64,000 nucleotides of DNA from Camelus dromedarius (lineage: Eukaryota), in assembly GCF_036321535.1 (NCBI RefSeq), contig NC_087442.1, positions 35,526,001 through 35,590,000 on the forward strand, written 5' to 3'. Below the pieces are notes generated by a model. That model was not told the DNA's origin and made no database searches. It saw only the letters and a list, made by a program, of their open reading frames with translations. Numbering within the stretch: the stretch's first letter is position 1; the number at the start of each line of letters is the position of its first letter. This document shows, piece by piece, positions 12,226 through 24,693 of the stretch. The translations under genes and the position numbers were made by a program.

Positions 12226-14291
12226 TTTGTAATTTTCATACTCTGCCCAAAGTAAACCCTATAATATTGGACCTGATTTAGAAGCTACTCTTTATGCCAT
12301 AAAGTATAAATCTCATTCTGAATACTCAGGTTGCCTAAGACACACAGAGATAACAGCTAGAGCTGGTAGGATCAGGTAACTGGAGGAAGAAAGCATGCCC
12401 AGGTAATAATTTGTTAGGGTTAAAAATTTAGCAAAGCACATTGGCCACATCAAACATCCTTATTAAAACAATTGATGTAAACTTTTTATACTGTGGTTAA
12501 ACTTTAACCAAATAGCAGATCAAGAGACAGAGAATTTTTTGCCATTAATAATGTCTTAATATAAGAAAGTGATTGTTACAACAAATACCAAAAGAGGATA
12601 CAAAAAATTGAACACAAAGAAGAGGATTAAGCAGAATCAAGATGATGAAAGAAAAACTTGACAGAGGTAACATCTATAACCAAGTCTAACTAAAGGGTTT
12701 GATGATTCATTAATGATGGAACAATGGAAATTATACCATTGAGCAATGGTATAAAAAAGCACAATGAAATTGAATGTTTTATTAGCTACAGGGTATTGTA
12801 GAGGACATCGCTCACTACATCCACTAGTGTCCTATTGTCACAGTTAAGTACCAGGAATAATTTTTTCCTAAACAAGCTGTGTGTGCTCTAAGAATCCTGT
12901 GAATATAATGGCTGTGTTTTTGTCTTCATACTGGCTACAGCTAGAGAAAACTTATGGACTACCTCTCGTGAGGGTATAGGACATCCTGACTAGCATTTGT
13001 ATATTCACAGATTCCTCTCCTTTTATTACTCATATGCCCTTTTCCAAATCCTTTCAATTTTTTTTAAATTTACCCCAACATGACATTTACATATATGTAT
13101 ATGGTTTTATACGTATAACATATATTTATTATATATAAATAATACTTACATATACATGTAAACCATCTGTTTGTAACAATATGAAGTGAAGACAAATTTT
13201 AAAATTGAATAAGCAAGGAACTTTTAAACCTGATCCAAAAATGAAATGGGTGCTGTGTAGACGGTTATTACTACAGCTTATAGGTCATTACTATAGCTTT
13301 CAAAGTTGTTGGGTTGTTGTTGGTTTTTTTTCATGTCTTTTTTTCTGTTGTCAGCCCACCTGACAAGCACCAGAATCCAGGACAAACTGCACAGGGTTAC
13401 ACGGCAGGGATCCCACTATTTCACAGGAATACACACTGAGGCCCAGCTCTGCTGGGCGGGCCGTGTGGGATTGTGTCTCAGTGCAGGGCCTTGTACAGTG
13501 TTATTCTGCCTTCTCCACGGGGCTGATAACAGAAAGCAGTTGGGGAGTACCCAGGTTGCTTGCCCCAGGCAGTCCGTCTGGGGATACCAGAACTGTATAG
13601 TATTTACCTGCAAACACCAGGCTGCCCGGTTTTACAGACTTGGGCTACATGAGTTGATGCCTTCCCCCTGCTGGAGAGAAGTCCAAGGTCCCATGGGATG
13701 TTGAGTCTGGTATACGCCCCACTCCCCAACCCGCACTGAGAGAAGTGTGCATCTTGGTCTTAGCGGGTTCATTGTCCAGGCCTCCCTGAGTGAGCATGAG
13801 GGTCAGGCAAGTCTGCTTGCTGCCCCCATGGTCTGCTGATAAATGTTTAACCACCGGGTCTTCAGGGGACAGGGTGAGAAAGACAAGGTTCATTGAGTTT
13901 GCCAACTTCTATGGTATAATAAGTAAGCCTACAATGGCCGGTTTCAAGCTACCTATGTGACATCACTGAACACAGAATTGAAAATATAAGAACTGGCTCT
14001 CACAAGACCTTACAGGGCCATTCCGGTACACCACTTTTTGTACCAAACCTTGTTTCCTAAAGTTTCACTGAAAGTCTATTGATAGTTTAGTCCTGCTTGG
14101 CAATTTTTCTATCCTTTTTATTCCCTTTTAAAGGATTTCGAAACAGGAGGAAGACATCAGTACCAGATTACAAAGAACAGCTTGCACTGCCTCTTACTGC
14201 CAATGGCATTCACAGCACATGAACGCTGGGAAGGTTGCACAGATTTTACTGGGATACCACTAAAATATAAAGGCGTTAAGATGATCTTACA

Positions 14292-14293
<2 letters not shown>

Positions 14294-14333
<40 letters not shown>
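14294..14333. repeat. (AT)20 microsatellite
   Basis: Directly seen, perfect. Confidence 0.95.
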
Positions 14334-14335
<2 letters not shown>

Positions 14336-15429
14336 AAAGAAACAGCTAGAGAAGTTGAATACAAATAACGACATCTTTTTTACTCCCTAAAATGCCTTTA
14401 TTTTATCGTTTAATACAGACTTCAGTATTTCTTCATTTTTCCCATAGTCAAAAATAAAGGGTGTTTTGAGACCTTACAGTCCAGAAATCCTCATTAATTC
14501 ACAATAAAAAAAAAAAAGTCATTGAATTAGTCCTTTTGCTGAAGTGACTAATATTGGGGGGGAAACAGTTTCTTAAACAAGAGCAACTAGAAGTTGACTA
14601 GTATTTTGTAGTTTACATATACTATCTCACTTACTCCTCCACGCATCCCTGAAGTGTGGGCCTTATTTTCATCTATATTGTGTCTGTTAGGAAACAGAAG
14701 CTCAGATAGACACATCCACAGTGATTCTCCGAAGACCACACAATCTAGTCAGCAGAAAAGTCAGCTCTCTTCTGCTACCTGCCTTTCTTCCTTCCTCTCC
14801 TTTTTTCCCAATAAACTTCAGACTACTATGTGTCTTATTCATTTGTCTTTACATTTGTGGGGACTGAATTAATAAAATTGGCTTGGAAGTCCCTTCAGAG
14901 GACGGTTCGTGGTGCCCTTCCTGAAACCAGAACAAGGGTTACACCAGGATTTGTCAACAAAAACACTCATGGCAGTGGTGGAGGGCAAGGAGAGTTTCTG
15001 TGAATTCTGTTGGGGTGGGTGGGCACTGTGCTTCCTCCTCCCATTGGACTGGTGAGCAGAAGAGCCTTCTCTTTTCATCAGGACCCAAAATCAAGAGTTA
15101 TTATGTTTTTAAGAAGTCTCTGCTGTTAAGCGGAAGCAAATTCACAACTGTTTCAGAAACTTTTTTAAAAGAACACAAAGGACCGGACTCAACAGCATCA
15201 CAGCCTTTTGAGTTTGTGATTCTGTGTCACCTTCCCACAGCACAAATGGAGGTTAAAAAAAAAAAAAGTGTGGGAGAAGAGAAAAAACATTCTAAGACCT
15301 TTTGTTTAATGATATGCAAATGAAACAGTGACCAGGTCGCCAAGCACCATGGATGCTAATTCTGCAGTGTTTTTTGAATCCATTCCCTGCTTCCCAGCTG
15401 GCAGGACTTTTGTATTGAATTTGATATAA

Positions 15430-15590
15430 TATCGGTTCTGAGTCAGACAAATCTGGCTTCTGCTTCTGACTCAGGTGCTTACTAGTTTTATGAACTTGAG
15501 CAAAATACCTAGTGTCTCTTTGCCTTGGTTTCCTTACTGTAAAAATTAGAACAATAATGCTGTGCTGGGCTCGTTGAGGTTTAAGGAAGA
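15430..15590 (+). mobile_element. MIR SINE carrying two AP-1 consensus sites
   Basis: MIR motifs 'ttctgagtcagac...cttactag...tgaacttgagcaa...ggtttccttactgtaaaa'; TGAGTCA at 15439-15445 and TGACTCA at 15467-15473. Confidence 0.7.
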
Positions 15591-15699
15591 GAGAGATGTT
15601 CCAGCTACTTCAGGATATTATAAAGACATTATAAAGGATATTATAAAGATGAAAAGGAAGCCATCTGAGCCACCATCCTGATAACTAGCATGTTATTCA

Positions 15700-15930
15700 T
15701 CATTATTCAGATCAGGGCAGGTACTGCTCCGATGGTCAAATTCACCCGAAGACAAGAGTTCATTTCTCCTAACATAGTGGCTCTGCCAGAATAGTGACAG
15801 TCTCTCTCTCTTTCTTTTTTCGTACCTGCTGCCTTTTGTTCTATGACCAACTAATTTCTCTCTATTCCCCATGTTATGACCCCTGTTAACTTCCTACTCT
15901 TATTATTGCCTTCTTTCTAAAGCCATTTCT
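15700..15930 (+). mobile_element. Ancient MamRep605-like (putative LTR-class) repeat
   Basis: 'cagggcaggtactgctcc...ctaacatagtggctctgccag...gttaacttcctactcttattattgccttctttct' resembles my recollection of that consensus. Confidence 0.45.
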
Positions 15931-17279
15931 TTGTGTGTTTCTCTTTTTTCTGTTCCACTACCCACTGCATCCTTTTTTGTGTGCTTCATTTTTAAGCTGC
16001 CCAAGAGACAAGGTCTGATCAACTTACTAATCAGAATAAAATTCCGCTTTGGAACAGAATTTGATGCCTGTCCCTTACAGACCACCGTTCAGCCTGTGGA
16101 TGGCTGGCTTGGAGATTGATGCTCACCTTGAGACACTCAAGCGTGGTCAGATCTCATGGACAAAGCACGGTTACATATGCAGAGGGAACTGTTGACAAGG
16201 CAAGCCGTCTGGGGTTTCTCAGGAGAGAGGAGTAGAACTGAGCACTCACTTGAATGACCTACACCAAACAGGTGTCGGTGAGGATCAGATAGGATGTGCA
16301 AACAACTGGTCCAGTGCCTGGCATACAGCTGATGCTCAGTAAATCTTAGCCCCACTCTTTCATCCCCACTGCGATGACTCAAATTCAGACCTAAGTTCTC
16401 TCTCACAACTGCAGTGGGTTCCCACAAATCACCTTGCCTCCACTTTCTCCCCCCAACAAATTCATCACCAACACGTCTGCCAGAGCAATGTATAGAGACC
16501 AGGTGAAATGATTCATTTATTTAACATAAGTTGAGTCTTTGCTCTGTGCCAGACACTGTTGCATTATGGAAATATAGAAAATAATAAGGTATATATTCTA
16601 CATTCAAGGGACCCAAAAAACAATAGAGAAAACCAATAATGGTAAAAAAAAAAAAAAAAAAAAACACCATTAAAGGTGAAGCAGAGCCCCCCCCCTCCCC
16701 CCGGCCGCCCAAAAAAGAATAATCAATTTTTCCCTGGTCAGCAAAGCAGTGTTTAAAGAAGAGGTAACAAGTAAGTCTCGGGATATGTAACATTTCAGAA
16801 AATGCTGAAGGAAAAGAAGTTCATTGCACAAAGAGGACCAGATCATGAAGAGCTGGCAATTTTCGTGTGGGGAATCAGAGAATTTTAAGTCAAAGAGGAC
16901 AAACAGTTCTTTTAGATGCTGTTAATATGGGTTAAAATTAAAACATGTATGTATTCCATAATCTATTCGATCCAGGAAATGTTGGGTTAAAACCAGATAA
17001 ATGGGTTTCTTTACCACAGGATTTCTTAGAGCTTTTAATATGCAAACATGTATTATGACTCTCCGATAGGAGAATGCGACATAGGACATTTTCCAAACTT
17101 ATTTGACCTGAAACCTCTTTTCCCATAGAACACCTGGCAGGACATGTTATTAAATACGTTCTAGGATAAGAGGAGTCATTAAGGAGTTTCTGCATGAGAG
17201 TGAGGTGAACAAAATCCACTTGTAGAACCCAGTGTACACGCCTCCCAGCCTGGCCCCACACTGCCCCTTCAGCCACACT

Positions 17280-17520
17280 TGTCACCTCCTTCCATCATGT
17301 TCTCTACACCCTGGACAAACTACACAAAACTGGACATTTCGTTTTTCAATAAGCATGCTCTATACCCTTTGGCTTTTGAACTCTTGAACAATCTCCTTCT
17401 GAAATTCTACTCATCTTTCAGGATACACCTCAAAGACCAGTTCTTCAATAAAATCTTTTATGCTTCTCCAAATCGTACTGATAATATTCCCTTTGTGTGT
17501 TGCTTTTATTTCTAGTTAGC
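17280..17520 (+). mobile_element. L2 fragment
   Basis: 'ttctactcatctttcaggatacacctcaaagaccagttcttcaataaaatctt' is an L2 3' region motif. Confidence 0.6.
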
Positions 17521-17685
17521 CCTTATTTCATTCTATTTTGGCGGTGCTCATGTGTAATGGGAGCAAGGTACGGGTGTGGAATGCTGGTCACTCCTTGCCA
17601 GAACCACCCAAGAACAAGCCCTGAATTTTTCCTGCTATATCACTACTTCCTTTTTGGGTTTTGAGATGGGCCCTTCCCCCGCTCG

Positions 17686-17687
<2 letters not shown>

Positions 17688-17721
<34 letters not shown>
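17688..17721. repeat. (CA)17 microsatellite
   Basis: Directly seen. Confidence 0.95.
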
Positions 17722-17723
<2 letters not shown>

Positions 17724-18872
17724 GGATTCCAAAATTTCCCTCACTTCACACAAATGTGCAGAGAAAATACAGCTTCTTTATTTTGTCTGTAACCAACCTA
17801 ATCTTCCTCATTGCACCCACCTGCTGAGTGGTGATAAAAACTGAATTTATTCCTCTTTTGAAAATTAATCTAATTCTCTCTAGAGAACTTAGTATTTTTT
17901 GGATAAATGTCTAGTCTTTCAGTTGCCCTCTCTCTCCCTTTTCTTCTCCAAGGAGACATCTGGATAGATAAGGCATGTTTCCTGTGTCCTCCTGTCAGTA
18001 GGGAGAGGGGGTCTGGGATTTATATTCTCTGTCCTTAAGCTTTTCTCTGGACTAGCAATCACAGAAGTACCACCAAGCCTGTCCTGGGATGTTCTACCGG
18101 TATCTGCTGTTAAATTCGGCAGCTAGTGGGATTTATGACCTGACCTCTTCTGGTTTCCATAAAGCCTTGTCCTTTTTAAGCCCATCTTATCTCTCATTGA
18201 GGCACTTGGTCCTGGCCCAGTGGTTTATCCCATGACATTCGGCTGCAAGGTCACCTCCACTCTGCCACAGCAATGCTTGGCATCCCAGAATGTCAGCTAA
18301 TGTACTCTTCCTCCCTCCCCTCTGGAGCCTGCAAGAAAATCTGGGATTTCCATCCAAGGACTGAAATAACAAGACGTTTGGGACTGCTAAAGTCAGTATG
18401 AGGTACAGGGTAGTTGATCAATAAAAATTTGAATGCAAGGTTCCAAGAAGAAAAAGGATGTTTATAAATTTTAACTTTATCGGGACCTATGATACTGTTT
18501 TCAAGAAGCTCTGCTATACATGATAATATAAATTCTATCCAAAGATTTTAATGTTTCTTATAACCATTTTAACATATACAAATTTGATTTCTTACTTATT
18601 TTAGTTTATCATTATCACCCTCCAAGAGCATCATTTTAGCAGGAGCAACGCCCCTACCCATAGTTACTTTAAATTAAGGGGAAAAAAAATCATGGTATAG
18701 AAAAACAAATGAGAAACAAGAACATTTTTTTTTAAAATTACCTTTACATTGAAAAGCAAACTGAAGACATCGCAGACTAATCACTGGGAAAGTCAAGACA
18801 CAGAAAGTGAAATGAGGGAAGCCAAGGCATGAGGGAAGTAGGCTTAGGCAATGGAGGATCAGGGAATGTCTC

Positions 18873-19323
18873 TGGGTGGCTGAACCACTCTGACTCCGTT
18901 TTGTCAGCTCCTGCTTGGGCCCGCAGTCCTACACCCTCCCCTCTGCATGACTGAACTGTAGCCTACTCCCAAAGAAGCCAATTAAGTTCCCTACCAACTT
19001 ACACCCTCTCCTTCATCTGATATGAAAACTGGGAGATTAACGGTCGTGAGACCCGCAGAAGGAGGAAAAACCCCTGGTTCCCATCATGTAGATACGCTTC
19101 TTCTTTTGCAGTCAGATTCTGTTTTTAGCTTTGGTCCCGTGAAGTCCCACTATACCCCATTCGGGGTAAGTCTCTGAATCATCCTCTGCCCAGTCCTGCC
19201 TGTATGTAAATTATTCACAATAAACTTCATAATTGTACTTTATGGAGTTCCCTGCTTCATTTTTCAGCCTTAAAGTTCCTTCTCAGTTCAGAGGATATTA
19301 TTCAATATCTCCACCTTCCAACA
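18873..19323 (+). mobile_element. Solo ERV LTR, 451 bp, with a 5-bp TSD (GTCTC)
   Basis: Begins TG (tgggtggctgaaccactctgactccgttttg) and ends CA (ccaccttccaaca). GTCTC lies at 18868-18872 and 19324-19328. AATAAA is near 19218 and several CpGs are retained. Confidence 0.88.
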
Positions 19324-20519
19324 GTCTCTCATTAGTTATTCTCCGTAAAGGTAACAGTACAATATTATTCAAATGAAATTAAGCATCTCTAAGACTGACT
19401 TTCAACTCTTCTCCAAATGTATCTAAATGGATTCCAAACTGACAGAATCTCTTAAATAGTTTTCTAAAACACAGAATCAGAATAAAGAAAATTAAAGAAT
19501 GAAGAAAATCAAACTCTTTCTAATATGCTAATCACATCTGTTCTCATTTTTCTGTATTAGTTCGCTGGTCAGAGATTGGTTTCTGGCTTCTGTTAATTGT
19601 GACATTAGCAGAATGTCACACTTGCTATTGAAGAGAAGAGAGAAATTAGGCAGCTTTTAGCATTTGAGTAATCAATTTTTAATAGGTGGTAGTGGATGTC
19701 GGGTAGGGAGAGGATTAAATATAATTTTAATAGTGGGTCAAAGGACAGAAGGAGCTTTAGATATCATTTTTCTTCCTGAGAATATTCTGAAAATTATGAT
19801 TTTAAAATAATAATATTTTACATTTGATACAAAGTCAGGGGTTCATTGGTTTTTTGGGTTTTTTTTTAAGTAAAATCTTCCCTGATGATCAGTGCATCAC
19901 CTAAGTGTGAAGCCAAGCACTAACTCTTTTATCACACCAAACACCATCTCTTTTCCTCTGAAAGGTGTTAAAAGGTTCATTTAATCCAATGACTCAATTG
20001 GAACCTTTTATAATGCATTTTATATGACACACAATTTATCTAGGTTTTAAAAATGCATTGGAAAAATACCTTTGTACACTTCAATGACCCTGAGAGAGCC
20101 CCAGTTACTTGAGATTCTACAGATATTGTGCTACAACCTGCCTGCTTAACTGTAAACTTTTACTTGCAATTACCTTCTAACTATGATCTATTTAAACTCT
20201 CAGAGAAGGTGGAAGAGGTAGGAAGTCAGAGAGAAACAAAGGGTTCCTCCTGGAACAAGACAGCTCTCAATCGGCTTATAGGTATCAAAGGACAAGGAGG
20301 CCAATAAAAGCTGCAGAAAGCAGGGGATCTTGCCTTCATTCAGCCTATGCTGAGCCTGGGTAGGCATGAGCTGATAGGTTGAACTAAAAAATAGAAACCT
20401 TCCAGGTGGGCAAAGTAACAAAGAGAAGAGCCTGGCCAGTCCTCCCCAGGCTCAGAAAGTGCTGGTTCCACATGACCACTGGGTTCAGGATCAGAAGATC
20501 CAAGCCACAGAAGGCATTC

Positions 20520-20690
20520 ATTAGCACAAATGAGGACAAAAGCAAGAATAAAATCCTAGAGGCTGCACAAGTGTATATATTTCAGTTGGAGGAAGGCAGT
20601 ATCAAACAGATGATGAATAACTGATCCAATGGTAAAAGAGCTGAGATGTGCTACAAGAGAAGCCAAAGAAAAGGTAGGAGACAAGACGCC
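20520..20690 (-). mobile_element. L2 fragment
   Basis: 'atgaggacaaaagcaagaataaaatcctagaggctgcacaagtgtatatatttcagttggagga' resembles the antisense L2 3' region. Confidence 0.45.
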
Positions 20691-21117
20691 ACCTCCCAAA
20701 GGGAGCTGTGCACACAGTGCGTGTAGATCAGTATCACCCTTTTGCAAAAGTGGAGAACTACCCTTAGTATATCTACCAAGAGATGATCCTTTGTTTTTCT
20801 TAAGGAGAATACATCCTCTTGATGACGTGGACACTTGTAACATGCTTAAGTCTACAAGCATTCAATTGACACCTGCTGCACTGAATTACCCTTCCAGAAG
20901 GATGATGTCAGACCCCACTGGGTGCTCATTCTAGGTTGGCTAATACCACTCAGCAGTGTGGCGCAATAGTCTGCACCAAGCCATGTCAACCATTCCTGGT
21001 CATGGGGCCCCACGGCCCTCTGTGTCCTGGGCTCCTGCTTCCAACAGACACTAAGGGGATCTCCAGCAATTTCAGGTCACAGTCCCTCACTAAGAAGTTA
21101 ATGATCTGGTTCCAGGT

Positions 21118-21250
21118 CAAACCCCTGGCTTCACATTTGAATCATCTCAGGATTCAGTTCAAAAACAACCAGAGTCTAGGTAGGGCCTGGATATGGTTAT
21201 TTTTCAGAGCTCCCAGAAGAATCTACTGTGCACCCAGGGTTATGCATGCT
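21118..21250. mobile_element. MER5A-like hAT-Charlie MITE fragment
   Basis: 'ggcttcacatttgaatcatct...ggtagggcctggatatggttatttttcagagctcccagaagaatctactgtgcacccagggtt'. Confidence 0.6.
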
Positions 21251-21521
21251 TGTCCAACTGAGGCAAATAGCAAACAAATGCAAGGCAAAATAGAACATAA
21301 GCACAGGGTACTGCAGATAACATCATTGTCAACGTGAGTTCAAGCATGATAAGGCACGCTGAGTCAACTTGTTCTTTGTGTAATACACTGAAATCCGAAT
21401 TGAAGCCAAAAATTAACTTAAGTTTACAATTAACAGTAGCTGTGTTAAGTCAGTCAGTGTTGACCTAACTGTAGTTCTCTAACGACTGACAGAGTTCAGC
21501 AAATACCAGTCACTTTCTTGG

Positions 21522-21872
21522 TGTACAGGCTAGTGAATGCTATGCTAACAAACACACCCAAAATTCCTCAGTAGCTTCAAGCAGTGAAGGTTTATTTCTC
21601 CCTCCTGTTTCTTGTCTGTCACAGGTCAACTGGGAGCTTTGTGCTCCTTTGTCCTTAGGACTGTGGGTGTCAGAACAGATGTCGTTTGGAACAGTCCTGG
21701 GAGAGAGAGCATGGTGCCCCCATGTGACAGTTTTCAAGCTTCCACTGGGATGTTACACACATCACTTCTCCTATTTCATTGACTAAAGCAACTCATATGG
21801 TCACAACTAACATCAATCCCACCTCATGCCCAAAGAACTAGAAATCTTTGGTGAGCCACAAAACGAACTACA
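21522..21872 (-). mobile_element. MaLR LTR (MLT1J/K-like)
   Basis: 'aacaaacacacccaaaattcctcagtagctt...aggtttatttctc...cacacatcacttctcctatttcattgactaaagcaactcatatgg'. Confidence 0.6.
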
Positions 21873-21959
21873 GAGCTGGAGCTGGCTTAACAGACTGTGG
21901 AGGTCTGGACAAAGCAGACTTGACAAACCCTTTTCTTCTGTAGAATTTTTCTGTTTCCT

Positions 21960-22170
21960 TATAATAGCTAAAAGCTACTGAGCACTTACGATGTGCAAGG
22001 GGCTGCAATAAGGATGAGACAGGTACGTTGTGTATGAATATTCATGATAACCATTACCATCTAACAAGGGAGTAAACTGAGGCTAAAAGAAGTGAAGTAA
22101 TGTCCCCAGGGTCATAGAGCTTAGAACAAGCTGTTGAGTTGGGCCTGAGTGGCTCCAAAGCCACCTGCTG
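21960..22170 (-). mobile_element. MIR SINE
   Basis: 'ctactgagcacttacgatgtgcaag...agtaaactgaggctaaaagaagtgaagtaatgtccccagggtcatagagc'. Confidence 0.75.
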
Positions 22171-23039
22171 GTAGACTGATCGACTGTCTGATTTGCTCAG
22201 GTCTAAGGGGTTTCTGGGGATAAGGACTTTTAATGCTAAATACCAGACAGTCCTGGGCAAACCTACTAATAACAGTGACATTACCCTCTTATTCATCAGG
22301 CTCACAGAATATGACAGGGCTTTTCCAACTCAAGGGAAAGCTCTGAAACCTGCTAATCCTTGTGCAACATAGCACAACAAAGCACAATTCCTACCCTTTA
22401 GAAAAATGATTCCAATTTTGTTTTTTACTTTTGGTTTTGGGGTTGTTGTTGAATTAACATATTGGCATCCCATCATGAAGGTACCCATGACTCTCCTTGC
22501 CAAGAAATCTTCAGCGTTATGTATTCATATCCAGGCTTCCATGGACCACACAGACTTACAGACCAATGCTACCATGGCCTTAGGGACAATCACAATGTGA
22601 TTGATTCTACCCAAATCTCCTTATCCTGTCCTCTGCTGTCCTGGAAGCCCTTAGTGGTTCATATTCCTTCTTAGCAATAGTTTCCACTGTTTTGCAGCCT
22701 TTGTCATTGTTGTCAACTCTTCTACAGTTGCCATTATCAAAGGCTACTGCCAAACTTCTGCTTATTAACCAACCAGTATATGTCAAGCAGGAGGCGAGGC
22801 ACTTCTAATGCTCTCCCTGACCAAGGGTTAATCAACCTTCCAACACACTCAAAGAGCTCACTCTACTTACTTTCTGACAAGAGCTTCTCTTCTTTACAGG
22901 ACCTGGTGACTGCTTGTTTTCTTCCCTATGTATCCCACATATGCACCATGAGAGTAGTACCAGCTTTGTCTCCATTATTTTCTCCCCAGCAACCTCTCTT
23001 TCTCCCTCTAGAACACAGCAGGACACTCTTAGAGGCAGT

Positions 23040-23370
23040 CTGACACTGAGCCAGATTGCCCGCTTTCAAATCCTGACTCTGCCACTTATTGGCTGTGGGA
23101 TCCTAGGCAAATTTCTTTGCCTCTCTATGCAAATATTTCCACATCTGTAAAGTAGGGATAATAATAGTACCTCCCTCACAGAGTTATTGTGAGAATTAAA
23201 TGTATACTAAATATAAAATGTTTAGAACAGAACCTGGCATCAGTGACCAAACATCCTGGTTTTCCTGGGAATGAGGGGGCTTCTAGGATGCAGAACTTTC
23301 AATGCTAAAACCGAGAAAAAACCAGGCAAACTAGAATGAGTTGGGTACCCTACCTGGCAGGTAGTAAGGA
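23040..23370 (+). mobile_element. MIR SINE interrupted near its 3' end by MER81
   Basis: 'ttcaaatcctgactctgccacttattggctgtg...catctgtaaagtagggataataatagtacctccctcacagagttattgtgagaattaaatg...ttagaacagaacctggca', resuming 'cctggcaggtagtaag' after the insert. Confidence 0.88.
23241..23352 (+). mobile_element. MER81-like hAT-Blackjack MITE with an 8-bp TSD
   Basis: 'gtgaccaaacatcctggttttcctggga...tttcaatgctaaaaccgagaaaaaccaggcaaactagaatgagttgggtacccta'; flanked by cctggcat (23233-23240) and cctggcag (23353-23360). Confidence 0.8.
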
Positions 23371-24019
23371 GTGGTTGATATACTTAGGGACACATGGAAA
23401 GATGGCTCTTTTAGACCATATCTAGACTGTTACATATCTCCAATTTCTATCTTTTCAAAAGTCAGGTCATTTGAGCAAGCAGGATGCATACTACCTAAAT
23501 AGTTTATCCTGGAGCCAGGACTTAATATGGATTCTTTGTCTTCAAACTTTCCTGAAGAAGAGGCCTGAATCATGTCTATTTCATCTTCTCCAAGGTTTTG
23601 ACATTAACATCCCAAATTCACTTCTCGTTGGTTTACTTACCCTTAAAGCTTGTTTGTTAGAAATGGGACCTCCTTCTTATTGGTTCATTTGTTTGATCTT
23701 GTTTAATGAGGCACATTTTTGTAACACCAGGAGGTAAAACATCATTACTGTCAACAGTGTTCAGTATTATTTGGCTTCCCATCACAGTGCTTGCTATGCA
23801 TAAACAAATGGCATCTCTTCCCCTTTCCTCATCCCTCAAAGCTACATAATCACAAACAGAATATTGAAAATATCTCTTATGCACTGGCTCAAGTTTACAC
23901 AGATCTGCGCACATGTGACATAATTAAAAAGTAATGAGAATTTTCACAAACACAACAGACTTATCATTCGGTTGTCACCTTAGAAGGAGATAATAGGGAG
24001 TATAAGAAAGAGTAGAATT

Positions 24020-24175
24020 TTAGTGCTAGATAAATCCCAATTCTACACTAGTTCTAACAAATTTAAATCATGTAAGCATTCTGGTTCTGGTTCTTCATCT
24101 TGATAGGGATAACACCTGCTTCATAGGACTTCAGTGAAAATTAAATTAAGATGACTTATGTTAATCACTGAGCTT
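24020..24175 (+). mobile_element. Degenerate MIR
   Basis: 'ttcttcatcttgatagggataacacctgcttcataggacttcagtgaaaattaaattaagatg'. Confidence 0.5.
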
Positions 24176-24184
24176 CCTTCTCAC

Positions 24185-24350
24185 TTTTATTTTTATTTTT
24201 TCAAATATTTTGTTCATTTTATTTTAATTTGGGGGGGGGCGGAGGGTAATTAGGTTTATTTACTTATTTTTTAACAGCAGTACTGGGGATTGAACCCAGG
24301 ACCTTGAACATGCTAAGCACAAACTCTCACCACTGAGCTATACCTTCTCT
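24185..24350 (-). mobile_element. tRNA-derived SINE of camelid type
   Basis: Minus strand reads AGAAGGTATAGCTCAGTGG (A box)...GGTCCTGGGTTCAATCCCCAGTAC (B box)...AAATAAACCTAATTACCCTCCGCCCCCC plus an A-rich tail; the 'aaacctaattacc' tail is characteristic of camelid SINEs as I recall them. Confidence 0.85.
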
Positions 24351-24591
24351 GCTCCTTTGTCCCATTCTTAAATCTAAGTTATCCTGGGATGGAAGAGGAG
24401 AAACATAAGCCATTCCAGAGAGGATGTTGTTTCACAAAATATTTTGAAATTGCTTACACCACACCCTTGTAAATTTCTAAACTAACAAAAAATTCACAGT
24501 GAGTCAAGTTGGATAAATAAAGTGGGTGAGCCACGCAGGACAACAACATCGATAGTAAAAATGTAAAATGTAACTAAAGTAGTAGGGAGCA

Positions 24592-24689
24592 CCCCTAACC
24601 GATTCCAGTTTGGCACTGACCGATTGGAACCAATTTTTGCACAAATAATCTTTTAAAACTTTTAATAAGTCTCAGTTTCTCTTTTAACA
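24592..24689 (+). mobile_element. 5' LTR remnant (3' ~100 bp only) of the host provirus
   Basis: 'cccctaaccgattccagtttggcactg...tttttgcacaaataatcttttaaaac...tttctcttttaaca' aligns with 3' LTR 'cccctagccattcccagtttggtgttg...tttttactcaaataaactcttaaaa'. Confidence 0.75.
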
Positions 24690-24693
24690 ACGC

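Noticed and set aside
13085-13165. AT-rich palindromes (tacatatatgta, ttatacgtataa)
   Set aside because: Low-complexity TA-rich sequence yields such palindromes trivially
15614-15648. Three 11-12-bp tandem units (gatattataaag)
   Set aside because: Slippage minisatellite with no spacers; not CRISPR-like
24280-24350. tRNA gene
   Set aside because: A and B boxes are present, but it is followed by the SINE body and A-rich tail; it is a tRNA-derived SINE, not a tRNA
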